A DNA stretch of 64,000 nucleotides from Candidatus Omnitrophota bacterium (GCA_003485765.1 DNHS01000011.1:9929-73928); one strand, 5' to 3'; shown: positions 1 to 9,719, counted from the first letter of the stretch. The notes: a model not told the origin generated them from the sequence alone. Made by a program: numbers and translations.

Positions 1-768
1 CGCAAAGGTGAAGAATTTATTCTTGATAAGAAAAAAGAAAACCTAACAAATCATTTGATTTTTCCATTGCCTTCCAAAATATCAAAAGGCGTCTTGATTA
101 TAAAGACTGCTGATGGAAATCCTATGATAGGGCCTACGGCTGAGGATATTGAAGATAAGGAAGATCTTTCTACTTCTGACTCAGGGTTTAGCAAGGTTTT
201 ATTATCTGCCAGGCGCCTGATTCCATCAATAAATGATAAAGATATAATCGCTTATTTTGCAGGCCTTAGGCCTGTGGCAGGAGATGATTTTATTATAAGG
301 CATGAAGGTAAAGCCCATGGATTTATAAATGTCGCAGGCATACAATCTCCTGGTTTAACAGCTAGCCCTGCGATAGCGCTTTTAGTCGCAGATATTCTAA
401 AAAATAACGGCCTGGCTCTTAAAAAGAAATTAATATTCCACGCTCATCGAAAAAAAACAGCGCATATATTTGCGAGCCCATTCTCAAAAACAAAAAAGCT
501 TATTAAAAAAGATGCTTCTTACGGAGATATTGTCTGCAGGTGCGAAATGGTTTCTGCTAAAGAAATCAAGGATGCAATAAAGCGCGGGGCAAAGACAATG
601 GATGGCGTAAAATTCAGGACTCGCGCGCAGTCCGGCAGATGCCATGGAAGTTTCTGCGCCACAAGGATTATGAAAATTATGGCTGAAGAAACCCGAATGC
701 CTTTAACAGGGATAACGAAAAGAGGCAGAGGTTCAGAGATAGTAAAAAGAGACCGGGCCACCATGTAG
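1..768 (+). CDS. FAD-dependent oxidoreductase, anaerobic glycerol-3-phosphate dehydrogenase (GlpA)-like, C-terminal part with BFD-like [2Fe-2S]-binding domain. 5' end truncated by the window; the frame is open from position 1.
   Basis: The frame is open from nt 1 with no stop upstream of the listed TTG at 55. The C-terminal Cys cluster CRCEMVSAKEIKD...RTRAQSGRCHGSFC is typical of the BFD-like domain. Genomic context is FAD oxidoreductase plus DUF1667, the usual three-gene GlpA-like cassette. Confidence 0.6.
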   Translation, partial: RKGEEFILDKKKENLTNHLIFPLPSKISKGVLIIKTADGNPMIGPTAEDIEDKEDLSTSDSGFSKVLLSARRLIPSINDKDIIAYFAGLRPVAGDDFIIRHEGKAHGFINVAGIQSPGLTASPAIALLVADILKNNGLALKKKLIFHAHRKKTAHIFASPFSKTKKLIKKDASYGDIVCRCEMVSAKEIKDAIKRGAKTMDGVKFRTRAQSGRCHGSFCATRIMKIMAEETRMPLTGITKRGRGSEIVKRDRATM

Positions 769-786
769 GTGGCAGAGGTTTGATAA

Positions 787-1734
787 ATGATTAAAAGAGA
801 TTTAGTGATAGTCGGAGGCGGGCCCGCAGGAATGGCAGCAGCTGTTTCAGCATACGAAAACGGCGTAAAGGATATTTTGCTTATCGAAAGAGACCAATAT
901 CTGGGCGGGATTTTAAATCAGTGTATACACACAGGCTTTGGCATTAATTATTTCAAAGAGATTTTAACAGGGCCTGAATATGCTGACAGGTTTATTAAAA
1001 AGATTAAAGATATACAGGATATAGAAGTTAGTTTAAAATCGCTTGTGGTCAAATTGACGAATGATAAAACTGTTACATTTTTAAAACCAGGCAGATTGGA
1101 AACAGTTAAGGCAAAGGCAGTTATCATGGCTACAGGATGCAGGGAAAAGACAAGAGAGATGATTCATATACAAGGCACAAGGCCTGCTGGGATTTTTTCA
1201 GCCGGGTTAGCTCAGAAATTGATCAATATAGAAGGTCTTTTGCCTGGCAAGGAAGTTGTAATTATTGGCTCAGGGGATATCGGCCTTATTATGGCGAGGA
1301 GATTTGCGCTGGAAGGCGCAAAGGTAAAAGCTATTATTGAAATCCAGAAAGAAACAAGAGGGCTTTTGCGTAACGTGGTGCAATGCGTAGAGGATTTTGA
1401 TATACCTTTTTATTTTAACCATAAAATTTCAAGGATTTACGGAAAAGATAGAGTAGAAAAGGTAAGCGTGATGAAAGTAGACGATAATTTTAATGAAATC
1501 CCGGGCTCTTTATTTGAAATTAAATGCGACACTATATTGATATCAGTGGGCCTTATTTCCGAGAACGAGCTTATAGAGATGGCAGGGGTTAAGATAGAAG
1601 AGAATAAAACATCTGTGCCAGGAATTTTTGTATGCGGAAATTCTTTTAAAATATACGATATGGTGGATTCCGTTACAGAAGATAGCATACTTACAGGTAA
1701 ACTCGCTGCGGAATATATAATGAGTTGTAAATAA
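787..1734 (+). CDS. FAD/NAD(P)-binding pyridine nucleotide-disulfide oxidoreductase, second subunit of the GlpA-like cassette.
   Basis: N-terminal dinucleotide-binding motif VIVGGGPAGMAAA and a second GSGDIGL Rossmann motif. RBS GGAGG-like sequence lies upstream. Confidence 0.6.
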   Translation: MIKRDLVIVGGGPAGMAAAVSAYENGVKDILLIERDQYLGGILNQCIHTGFGINYFKEILTGPEYADRFIKKIKDIQDIEVSLKSLVVKLTNDKTVTFLKPGRLETVKAKAVIMATGCREKTREMIHIQGTRPAGIFSAGLAQKLINIEGLLPGKEVVIIGSGDIGLIMARRFALEGAKVKAIIEIQKETRGLLRNVVQCVEDFDIPFYFNHKISRIYGKDRVEKVSVMKVDDNFNEIPGSLFEIKCDTILISVGLISENELIEMAGVKIEENKTSVPGIFVCGNSFKIYDMVDSVTEDSILTGKLAAEYIMSCK

Positions 1735-1738
1735 ACCC

Positions 1739-1781
1739 AAACAACTTTACAAATCGACAATGTCATTTTGTAAAGTTGTTT
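1739..1781. repeat. Palindromic intergenic element, copy 1 (arms AAACAACTTTACAAA / TTTGTAAAGTTGTTT, core TCGACAATGTCAT).
   Basis: Perfect 15-bp inverted arms are read directly from the sequence. A near-identical copy lies at 22227-22269. Confidence 0.8.
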
Positions 1782-1793
1782 AGAGGGGCATAT

Positions 1794-2153
1794 ATGACAA
1801 TAAAAAAGTTAACGTGTATAGAATGTCCGGAAGGGTGCAGGTTGACAGTTGATATAGAAAATTCCAGAATAATCAAGGTCGCTGGCAATAAATGCCCTAA
1901 GGGAGAAGAATATGCAATATCTGAGATTGAAAATCCGGTCAGGATCCTGACCTCTAGTGTTTTAAGCCAGGGCCTGGGATTAAAAATGATCCCTGTCAGG
2001 ACTGATAAGCCGATACCGAAATCCAGGATTTTTGAGGCAATGGAAGAGATTAAAAAAGTCAGGGTTAGCAGGCCTTTAAGTACAGGCGATATTGTTGTAA
2101 AAAATTTTTCAGGATTAGGTGTAAATCTTATTGCGACGAGAAGAGTAAAATGA
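1794..2153 (+). CDS. DUF1667-domain protein, third gene of the GlpA-like oxidoreductase cassette.
   Basis: ATG at 1794 is preceded by GAGGGG; the track ORF begins at an upstream TTG at 1776 inside the palindrome. Cys-rich N-terminus CIECPEGC...NKCPKGEE is typical of DUF1667. Confidence 0.55.
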   Translation: MTIKKLTCIECPEGCRLTVDIENSRIIKVAGNKCPKGEEYAISEIENPVRILTSSVLSQGLGLKMIPVRTDKPIPKSRIFEAMEEIKKVRVSRPLSTGDIVVKNFSGLGVNLIATRRVK

Positions 2154-2587
2154 ATAAAGAATTTTCAGCAGGCGCAGTTATTTTTAAAAAAGAAAGCGCT
2201 AATATATTTTTTCTTATCATATACAGCAGTAGAAATAAAATATGGGGTTTTCCAAAAGGGCATCTGGAACAAGGCGAGACTGCAAAGGAAGCTGCAATTA
2301 GAGAGATAAAAGAAGAAGTGGGCTTTGAAAATTTACATTTTATTGATGGGTTTAAAGAAAAAGTTATGTATGAAACGACAAGTAAAAGGCCGCCTTTTAA
2401 AGGTGAGAAAATAGAAAAATATGTGACATATTTTTTGTGCGAAATAAAAAATCAGGATATAATAGTGGATGGCAGGGAAATAACAGATTATAAATTTTTG
2501 CCTTTAGATAAGGCAGAACGAATGATCAGATTCCGCAATTTAGCTATTTTACTTAGGAGAGCTTATGATTTTTTACAAGGCATGTAA
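2150..2587 (+). CDS. NUDIX hydrolase
   Basis: Nudix box GHLEQGETAKEAAIREIKEEVGF matches GX5EX7REUXEEXGU. Its start overlaps the upstream stop by 4 nt. Confidence 0.75.
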   Translation: MNKEFSAGAVIFKKESANIFFLIIYSSRNKIWGFPKGHLEQGETAKEAAIREIKEEVGFENLHFIDGFKEKVMYETTSKRPPFKGEKIEKYVTYFLCEIKNQDIIVDGREITDYKFLPLDKAERMIRFRNLAILLRRAYDFLQGM

Positions 2588-3179
2588 ATTTTACGCAATT
2601 ATCGCCGGGCTTATGTTTTTAAGTGGTTGTTCTGTTCTGAAAGTCGCTGGCACTGCTGTCGGGACCACATGCAAGGTAGTCTATACAACAGTCAAGGTTA
2701 CAGGAAAAGTTGTGGGAACAACTGCTAAGGTTGTAGGCAAAACCGCTGTGGTGACAGGCAAGGGAGTCAGGACAGTAGTTAACATGGCGACAGGAAAGCA
2801 TACCGTGAAACTTACAAAATGTGGCAACAGCCTTACTACAGGCGTACTTTTGAATAGAAAAATAAACGCAGATTTGATTGTTGATACAGGGGCTAGCGAT
2901 ACTGTTATATCTACTAATCTCGCTAAAAAATTAGGCATACCTCTTAATAAAAGCCAGAATGTTTTGTGCCAGGTGGCTGATGGCCGCACAGTGAAAGGCA
3001 AGCAGGTAAATATAAAAGAAGTCAGGGTAGGCGGGGCAAAGGTCTATAATGTGCAGGCAGTGGTGCTTGATTCAGGGGAAATGGGAAATAGCCCAGGCTT
3101 ATTAGGCATGTCTTTTCTGAATAATTTTGTTTTTAAGGTAGATACTGAAAAAGAATTATTAGTATTGCAAAAAAGGTAA
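2565..3179 (+). CDS. Lipoprotein with a Val/Thr/Gly/Lys-rich repeat region and a C-terminal retropepsin-like (clan AA) aspartic protease domain.
   Basis: Lipobox LMFLSGC. Repeats KVVGTTAKVVGKTAVVTGKGV. The DTGASDTVIS catalytic motif and a G-rich flap are typical of bacterial retropepsin-like proteases (TIGR02281-like). Confidence 0.5.
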   Translation: MIFYKACKFYAIIAGLMFLSGCSVLKVAGTAVGTTCKVVYTTVKVTGKVVGTTAKVVGKTAVVTGKGVRTVVNMATGKHTVKLTKCGNSLTTGVLLNRKINADLIVDTGASDTVISTNLAKKLGIPLNKSQNVLCQVADGRTVKGKQVNIKEVRVGGAKVYNVQAVVLDSGEMGNSPGLLGMSFLNNFVFKVDTEKELLVLQKR

Positions 3180-3245
3180 CAAACCACCCTTTCTAATATT
3201 ACAAAACAAGTCATACTCATTTTGTAACATTCAATCCTTTTGGTA

Positions 3246-3311
3246 TTGACAGTGCTTAAGAGATATGATATATTTAATGTAGTTGATAGTTAACTATATT
3301 TACTATCAAGG
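3246..3311 (+). promoter_or_regulatory. Sigma-70-like promoter (TTGACA, 17 bp spacer, TATATT) followed by a perfect 12-bp palindrome ATAGTTAACTAT and a flanking ACTATCAA half-site; putative MarR operator.
   Basis: -35 at 3246-3251, -10 at 3269-3274. Palindrome at 3287-3298 lies between the -10 and the RBS GGAG of the marR-family gene. Confidence 0.5.
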
Positions 3312-3320
3312 AGATTAAAT

Positions 3321-3770
3321 ATGTCTATCACTATTACGGAGTTTGCTGATAAGATTAACGATGTGGTGCCTGTTATGATAAAGGAATTTTCAAGGCGTAA
3401 CGTCGCTGAACTTTATAAGGGCAAGATCACTCTTCCGCAGTTTCTTATCCTGGGATTTCTGCATAATAACGGCGATTCAAAGATGTGCGGCATTGCCAAA
3501 TTTATGTCAGTGACAACAGCTGCCATGACAGGCATGGTGGACAGGCTTGAAAAATACGGGTACGTAAAAAGAAAATCTGAGCCTCAAGATAGAAGAATCA
3601 TCAATGTGAGCCTTACCAAAAAGGGCATGGAGCTTGTCAAAAAGATAAACGAGAAGAGGCGGCGCATGATAATAGACGTATTCGGCAGAGTTTCTGAACA
3701 AGACCGCTCTGATTATCTGAGGGTTTTGATGAAGATAAAAGAAATATTGACAGATAAAAAGGCAGAGTGA
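3321..3770 (+). CDS. MarR family transcriptional regulator
   Basis: 149 aa with a winged-HTH core (LTLPQFLILGFL...MTGMVDRLEKYGYVKR). First gene of the efflux operon. Confidence 0.8.
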   Translation: MSITITEFADKINDVVPVMIKEFSRRNVAELYKGKITLPQFLILGFLHNNGDSKMCGIAKFMSVTTAAMTGMVDRLEKYGYVKRKSEPQDRRIINVSLTKKGMELVKKINEKRRRMIIDVFGRVSEQDRSDYLRVLMKIKEILTDKKAE

Positions 3771-3771
3771 T

Positions 3772-5325
3772 ATGAAAAGGATTATTTGTACTTTATTAAT
3801 ATGGATGGTCTTATTCACATTTGGCGGCATTTCCTTTGCAGCAGATATAAAAATCGATGAGGAAATGTCAAGAGTAATAGACAGGCTTCTTTTTATAGCA
3901 GCCGGTACTCAGAATAGAGTTTTAAAGATTAGCTTGGTAGATGTGATTTCTTATGCCCTGAAAAGCAACTCCGAGATACTTATAAAGCAGATCGACCCGA
4001 AGTTAAAAGAAGATGATGTGAGGATAGCCAGGGCAGATTTTGAGCCAATCTTTAGCGCTGATTATACGCTGCATAGTAATACGAAGGCTTCCTCATCTAG
4101 TTTAAGCGGGGCAAATATCTCTTATACAAGAGATATTGATTTTAACGCAGGTATGTCAGGAAAATTAATTACAGGGACAGAGTATGCGGTAGATTTTATA
4201 AATGAGAGATATAAAAGTAATTCTAGTTTCCAGTCTATGAACCCTTATTATACTACAGAGCCGAAGATAACTATTACACAGCCTGTTTTTAGAGACTCTG
4301 GTATTTTAGTTAATACTGCCGATATTGTCATAGCGCAGAATAATAAAAAGGTGTCCGAGGAAGATTTTAAAGAAACTGTTATGGATATCATTACCAAAAC
4401 TAAGGTTAGGTATTATAATCTCATGTATTTTTTAGAGAATTATTCCATCGCCGGCTCTTCATTGGAACGCGCAAAGGACTTGTTAGAGATAAATAAAGCC
4501 CGGTATAAAAAAGGTTTGGTAAGTTCATTAGATTTATTAGAAATAGAAACAACCGTTGCTGATAGGGAAAAGGCGCTAATCAGCGCAGAAGCAAATTTAA
4601 AAAAGGCAGAGGATGATTTAAAACTAATTACTAATTTAGTAGACGACCCGGAATTATGGAATGCAAAACTGGAATTGATTGATGATAAGCCAGAATTTAA
4701 TGAACAAAATTTGGATTTACTTGAGTGTCTGAAAAATTCCTTTCAATATCGGCCTGATTATAATTCAAACAAGGTGGATTTAAAAAATAAAGATATAAAG
4801 ATATTAACTGCCCAGGATGCGCTTTTTCCTACGGTGGACTTAGCTGGCAGTTTTGGCCTAAATGGATTGGGCAAGGATTATCAGGATGCATTAGACAATA
4901 CAAAAGGCGATTACAAGGATTGGAGTGTTGGTTTTAAGGTAAGTGTTCCATGGGGAGGGAGCGAACGCGCAAAACTTGACCAACGCAAACTTGAATTAGC
5001 CCAGGCCATCATAGCTTTTAAAAGATTAGAACAAAATATTATATTAGATGTTAGGGATAAGATAAGGGCTGTTAATATCGCGATGCGGCAGATTAAGGCA
5101 TCCCGGCTTTCTAAGGAGAAAGAAATTCGAAATTATCAAGCACAAAAAGAAAGATATGCCACAGGCCATGTATCAACGCATGATATTTTAGATTATCAGG
5201 AAAATTTAGCCCGCGCAGAACTTGATTATATAAAAAGCCTTATTGATTATAATATAGCCATTGTCAATTTAGATAAAAGCCAGGGATTGGCCCTAATAAA
5301 AAATAATATAATGGTGGAGGGATGA
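3772..5325 (+). CDS. TolC family outer membrane efflux protein
   Basis: Signal peptide, about 517 aa, two repeated alpha-helical/beta-barrel halves typical of OEP (PF02321-like). Its start is 1 nt after the marR stop. Confidence 0.8.
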   Translation: MKRIICTLLIWMVLFTFGGISFAADIKIDEEMSRVIDRLLFIAAGTQNRVLKISLVDVISYALKSNSEILIKQIDPKLKEDDVRIARADFEPIFSADYTLHSNTKASSSSLSGANISYTRDIDFNAGMSGKLITGTEYAVDFINERYKSNSSFQSMNPYYTTEPKITITQPVFRDSGILVNTADIVIAQNNKKVSEEDFKETVMDIITKTKVRYYNLMYFLENYSIAGSSLERAKDLLEINKARYKKGLVSSLDLLEIETTVADREKALISAEANLKKAEDDLKLITNLVDDPELWNAKLELIDDKPEFNEQNLDLLECLKNSFQYRPDYNSNKVDLKNKDIKILTAQDALFPTVDLAGSFGLNGLGKDYQDALDNTKGDYKDWSVGFKVSVPWGGSERAKLDQRKLELAQAIIAFKRLEQNIILDVRDKIRAVNIAMRQIKASRLSKEKEIRNYQAQKERYATGHVSTHDILDYQENLARAELDYIKSLIDYNIAIVNLDKSQGLALIKNNIMVEG

Positions 5326-6200
5326 TGAAGAAAACAAAGATTATTTTGGTATTTGTATTCTGCATTTTGAATTTTCTATCTGGCTGTACAAAAAAGCAAG
5401 AAGTAACTAAACAGGACGAGCTGATTCCCGTAAAAGTAATGAGGGTTGGGCTTAAAGATATTTACAAGACATTGGAATATGTGGGAGATATAAAGGCGCT
5501 GGAAGAGGCAGTTATATATCCAAAGGTCAGCGGTAAGATTATAGAAAAGGTAAAGCAGGATGGAAGCGAGATTGAAAAAGGCGGCGCAATTTTTTATATA
5601 GACAGAGACGAAGTGGGGTTAAAGTTTGAAAAAGCGCCTGTTGAAAGCCCTATAGATGGTATTGTGGGCAGGATATATGTAGATATAGGCGCTAATGTTA
5701 CAACTCAAAGCCCTGTCGCGCTTGTAGTCTCTATGGATAAGGTAAAGATAGGCCTTAGCATACCCGAAAAGCATCTTGCCAGTATTTCGCTCGAGCAGAA
5801 AGCGAGTGTCCGCGTAGATAGTTATCCTGACAAGGAATTTACAGGCGTTGTAACAAAGATAAGCCCTGTCTTGGATATGGAAACGCGTTCAATGCCTATT
5901 GAGATAACAATAGATAACAAAGGCCATTTTCTTAAATCAGGGATGTTTGCCAGAGTGTCTTTAATAATAGACAAGGAAAAAGCCGCGCCTTTAATTTTAA
6001 AGGAATCTATTATGGGTAAAGGCGAAGATACGTATGTATATATTGTAGAAAATAATAAAGCTGTTTTGAGAAAGGTTAAACTTGGCATAAGACAAAATGA
6101 GTATTTTCAGGCAAAAGAAGGCGTTAGGGAAGGATATCTTGTTGTCATAATGGGGCAGCAGAGGTTAAGAGACGGTGTTAGCGTGAAAGTAGAACAATAA
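5322..6200 (+). CDS. Efflux RND transporter periplasmic adaptor (membrane fusion protein, HlyD/AcrA family).
   Basis: Lipobox LSGC. Biotinyl-lipoyl-like and beta-barrel MFP segments. Overlaps the TolC stop by 4 nt. Confidence 0.8.
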   Translation: MMKKTKIILVFVFCILNFLSGCTKKQEVTKQDELIPVKVMRVGLKDIYKTLEYVGDIKALEEAVIYPKVSGKIIEKVKQDGSEIEKGGAIFYIDRDEVGLKFEKAPVESPIDGIVGRIYVDIGANVTTQSPVALVVSMDKVKIGLSIPEKHLASISLEQKASVRVDSYPDKEFTGVVTKISPVLDMETRSMPIEITIDNKGHFLKSGMFARVSLIIDKEKAAPLILKESIMGKGEDTYVYIVENNKAVLRKVKLGIRQNEYFQAKEGVREGYLVVIMGQQRLRDGVSVKVEQ

Positions 6201-6215
6201 TAAGGGTGGTGCGGG

Positions 6216-9200
6216 GTGAATCTTCCTGAATTTGGAGTTAGAAGGCCTGTAACAAATCTCATGATATTCTGCGTAATACTTGTCATTGCGCTTTATAGCA
6301 TTACAAAGCTCGGGATCGACATGTTTCCTAAAATAGAGCCGCCGTCCATATCTGTAATTGCGGCTTATCCAGGAGCGAACCCGCTTGACGTAGAAGCAAA
6401 AGTCACAGAGCCTCTTGAAAACCAGCTTGGCACTACCCCCGGCCTTGAAAAGATTACATCGCGCTCAACAGAGGGCATGTCCAGCCTTTCCCTTAAATTC
6501 AAATGGGGGACAAATTTAGATGAGGCCTCAAATGACATACGCGACAGGATTGATTTAGCAAAAAGATTTCTTCCGGATATACCAGATGAAATGGACAACC
6601 CTTTTATATTTAAATTTAATACGGCAAATATACCTATCGTATTCCTTGGCATAACAGCGAAAGAAACATATTCGGAACTCTATGATCTTGTTGATAAAAG
6701 GATTGGGGACGCGCTCCGCCAGCTTCCCGGCGTAGGCGCTGTTCAGATTCAAGGAGGCGGGCTTCAAAGGCAAATAAATGTCTGGATGGACAGAGATGTT
6801 TTAGAAGGTTATGACCTTTCAATATTGGACATACAGGCTATATTAAAGCAGGAAAATATAACTCAGCCAGTGGGCAGCATTAAAGCAGGGCTTACAGATT
6901 ATCTATTGAGGCTGCCAGGCGAATTCGCAAGCCCTGACGAGATAAATTCCGTTATTATAGGAAAGAAAGACAATAAATTTGTTTATTTAAAAGATGTCGC
7001 GCGGGTAGAAGACGGATTTAAAGAGGTTGATTCTATTGTAAGAGTAAATAGAAATCCCGGCATCATGATGATGGTCCAAAAACAGTCTGGCACAAATACT
7101 GTTGAGGTGGCAGAGACAGTTAAGAAAAAATTGGACGATATTAAAAAGACACTGCCGGCCGATGTAAATATTATTGTAATCTTTGATACTTCAAAAGATA
7201 TTATAAATTCTTTAGAGTCTTTAAAATCTAATGTGTGGGCCGCGGTGTTTCTTGTTGTCGGGGTAGTGTGGTTTTTTCTCAGGCAATTTGCTCCGAGCGC
7301 AATAATTGCGCTTACAATACCTTTTTCGCTTCTTATAAGTTTTATATATTTATTTCTTTCTGGAAAGACAATAAATATCATAAGCCTTTCAAGCCTCGCT
7401 ATAGCGAGCGGCATGGTTGTTGATAACGCTATTGTAGTTGTTGATAATGTTTACCGCCATATGGAAAAAGGCCAGAGGCCTAGCGAGGCATCGATATACG
7501 GCGCATCAGAAATGTTTTTATCAATAGCAGCTTCCACGCTTACAACAGTGGTTGTATTTGTGCCTATGCTTTTTATTACAGGGGTGACTGGCATAATGTT
7601 TAAAGAATTAGCTGTCATAATAATAGTTACCTTAATAGCGTCTCTTTTTACAGCAGCTACTTTTTCTCCTATGCTATGTTCCAGGTGGCTCAGGGTCAGG
7701 AAAGAAAGAAAAGGGTTTTTTGAAAAATTTTATAAGGTATTCGAAAATATGTTTAAATCATGGGAAAATATTTACGCTGCTTCGCTTAGATGGTGCCTGA
7801 GGCATAAAAAGATAGTTTTAATAGGGTTTTCAGCTATATTTATTTCCAGTTTATTTTTAACCCGTTTTATAGGAAATGAATTTTCTCCTGAAGAGGATTC
7901 AGGAGACATAAGGATCAGTATAGACCTTCCACTTGGCACGCGAGTCGAAGAGACTGATAAGGCGGCTAATGTAATAGAAGGGATTTTTAAAGAAGAAGCG
8001 CCTGAGGCATTGTATATGTATGTCAGGAGCGGCCAGGTTTCAGGCATTGGCAGAAGCCTTGGGCAATCTTCAGGCACGCATATTGTTGCAGCAGGCGTAA
8101 AACTTGTGCCTAAAACGCAAAGAAAAAGGCCTGTTACAGAGGTTGCGCAGGCCTTGAGGAAAAGGATTATTGCTATCCCCGGGGTTACAAAAACAGATGT
8201 AACAACTGGTAATCCTATAGGAAGGCTTGTAAGCGGAATGGGCGGAAAGGCAGTGCAGGTAGAGATTATAGGCAATTCATTTGAAGACACAGATAGACTT
8301 GCAGCTAAGGTAAAACAGATGATGGAGAAAGTGCCGGGCGCTGTTGATATTACTATATCCAGGGAATCAAGAAGGCCTGAGCTTGAGATCCAGATTGACA
8401 GGCAAAAGGCTGTAAATCTTGGTTTAAATATGAACGTAATAGCCTTAAGCCTTAAAAGTTATATAGAAGGCTCCACTGCCACAAAATACAGGGAGAAAGG
8501 AGAAACATATGATATATATGTCAGGCTTGAGGAAAGCTCCCGTTCAAAAATAGAAGATATTGAAAATCTTTCTATAGTATCCCCATATACAAAAAAACAG
8601 GTGAAGTTTGCGAATTTTGCAAGCGTGAAAGAAGCTCTTGGCCCTGTCAGGATAGACCGCATGAACAGAGAGAGGGTTGTAAAAGTGGAGTGCAATACTT
8701 ATGGCCGCTCCACTGGAAAGGTAGTAGAGGATATTAAAAAAGAATTGCAAAACATAGTGATGCCGTATGGTATTATGGTAAATTTCGGAGGGGATGCTGA
8801 AGAACAGCGAAAAGCATTTAAGGATATGTGGCTCCTACTCGTATTGGGGATAATACTTGTTTACATGGTAATGGCAGCGCAATTTGAATCGCTTCTGGAC
8901 CCTTTTATTGTCATGTTCAGCGTGCCTTTTACGTTTACCGGAGTTTTTGCTGCGTTTGCATTGACGAATACAACCTTGAGCTTGATAAGTTTTTTAGGAA
9001 TGGTCATGCTTATGGGTATAGTGGTAAACAATGCGATTGTCCTTATAAGTTATATTAATATATTGAGAGCAAGGGGCCTTAATATTGTGGAAGCGGTTAC
9101 GCAGAGCGGAAAAGAAAGGCTCAGACCTGTTCTTATGACTACAATTACTACTCTTGTAGGGCTTCTGCCGCTGGCATTGTCAAGAGGCGAGGGGTCAGAA

Positions 9201-9341
9201 ACATGGAATCCGCTTGGAATCACCATGATAGGCGGACTGACAGTGTCTACATTTATTACAATGCTGTTTGTCCCGACTCTTTACGCGGTTTTCGAATCAA
9301 AACTGAAAAAGAAAGGCAAGACAGCAAGTTTACACTTCTGA
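6216..9341 (+). CDS. Efflux RND transporter permease (AcrB/CzcA superfamily), GTG start.
   Basis: 1041 aa. Shows the 12-TM architecture with two large periplasmic loops and the conserved TM4/TM10 motifs (AIASGMVVDNAIVVVDN; GMVMLMGIVVNNAIVLI). RBS AAGGGTGG. Confidence 0.85.
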   Translation: MNLPEFGVRRPVTNLMIFCVILVIALYSITKLGIDMFPKIEPPSISVIAAYPGANPLDVEAKVTEPLENQLGTTPGLEKITSRSTEGMSSLSLKFKWGTNLDEASNDIRDRIDLAKRFLPDIPDEMDNPFIFKFNTANIPIVFLGITAKETYSELYDLVDKRIGDALRQLPGVGAVQIQGGGLQRQINVWMDRDVLEGYDLSILDIQAILKQENITQPVGSIKAGLTDYLLRLPGEFASPDEINSVIIGKKDNKFVYLKDVARVEDGFKEVDSIVRVNRNPGIMMMVQKQSGTNTVEVAETVKKKLDDIKKTLPADVNIIVIFDTSKDIINSLESLKSNVWAAVFLVVGVVWFFLRQFAPSAIIALTIPFSLLISFIYLFLSGKTINIISLSSLAIASGMVVDNAIVVVDNVYRHMEKGQRPSEASIYGASEMFLSIAASTLTTVVVFVPMLFITGVTGIMFKELAVIIIVTLIASLFTAATFSPMLCSRWLRVRKERKGFFEKFYKVFENMFKSWENIYAASLRWCLRHKKIVLIGFSAIFISSLFLTRFIGNEFSPEEDSGDIRISIDLPLGTRVEETDKAANVIEGIFKEEAPEALYMYVRSGQVSGIGRSLGQSSGTHIVAAGVKLVPKTQRKRPVTEVAQALRKRIIAIPGVTKTDVTTGNPIGRLVSGMGGKAVQVEIIGNSFEDTDRLAAKVKQMMEKVPGAVDITISRESRRPELEIQIDRQKAVNLGLNMNVIALSLKSYIEGSTATKYREKGETYDIYVRLEESSRSKIEDIENLSIVSPYTKKQVKFANFASVKEALGPVRIDRMNRERVVKVECNTYGRSTGKVVEDIKKELQNIVMPYGIMVNFGGDAEEQRKAFKDMWLLLVLGIILVYMVMAAQFESLLDPFIVMFSVPFTFTGVFAAFALTNTTLSLISFLGMVMLMGIVVNNAIVLISYINILRARGLNIVEAVTQSGKERLRPVLMTTITTLVGLLPLALSRGEGSETWNPLGITMIGGLTVSTFITMLFVPTLYAVFESKLKKKGKTASLHF

Positions 9342-9363
9342 CATTGTCGCAAGTGTAAACTTG
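9325..9363. repeat. Palindromic intergenic element, copy 4 (arms CAAGTTTACACTT / AAGTGTAAACTTG, core CTGACATTGTCGC).
   Basis: Perfect 13-bp inverted arms overlapping the RND stop codon. Confidence 0.75.
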
Positions 9364-9381
9364 CCTGGTGCGGGGGATGAT

Positions 9382-9672
9382 ATGAAAATGGTGATGATAG
9401 TTTATAATGAGGCAATGGATATGGAGGTGATGGAGGTATTACATGGGTGCGTGCTGAAGAATTACACAAAGATCCCAGGTGTATTCGGTAAAGGGAATAC
9501 TTCAGGCACGCATATGGGAGATGATATATGGCCTGGAAAGAATAATATTTTATATGTAGCCTGCAGAGAGGATGATACAAAACAACTGCTTACCTGCGTT
9601 GAAAACCTGCGTAAAAAACTTGGCCGCGAAGGCATCAAGGCATTCACCTGGAATTTGGAAGAAATAACCTGA
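9382..9672 (+). CDS. Small P-II-like (GlnB-fold, DUF3240-like) protein encoded directly downstream of the RND pump.
   Basis: Beta-alpha-beta pattern with the G-rich T-loop-like segment GVFGKGNTSG aligns to P-II. SD GGGGGA lies 7 nt upstream of the ATG at 9382; the track ORF starts at an upstream ATG at 9361. Confidence 0.45.
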   Translation: MKMVMIVYNEAMDMEVMEVLHGCVLKNYTKIPGVFGKGNTSGTHMGDDIWPGKNNILYVACREDDTKQLLTCVENLRKKLGREGIKAFTWNLEEIT

Positions 9673-9719
9673 TAATTTTCCTCGCCTTATATTATTTTTT
9701 ATGATATAACAATAACACT

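Noticed and set aside
1137-1340. 67-aa + strand ORF in an alternative frame inside the FAD oxidoreductase gene
   Set aside because: It is wholly nested in a well-supported CDS, and its translation is Arg/Trp/Tyr-rich nonsense.
6365-6822. Minus-strand ORFs (95, 72 and 62 aa) within the RND permease gene
   Set aside because: They are antisense to a 1041-aa ORF with unmistakable RND motifs.
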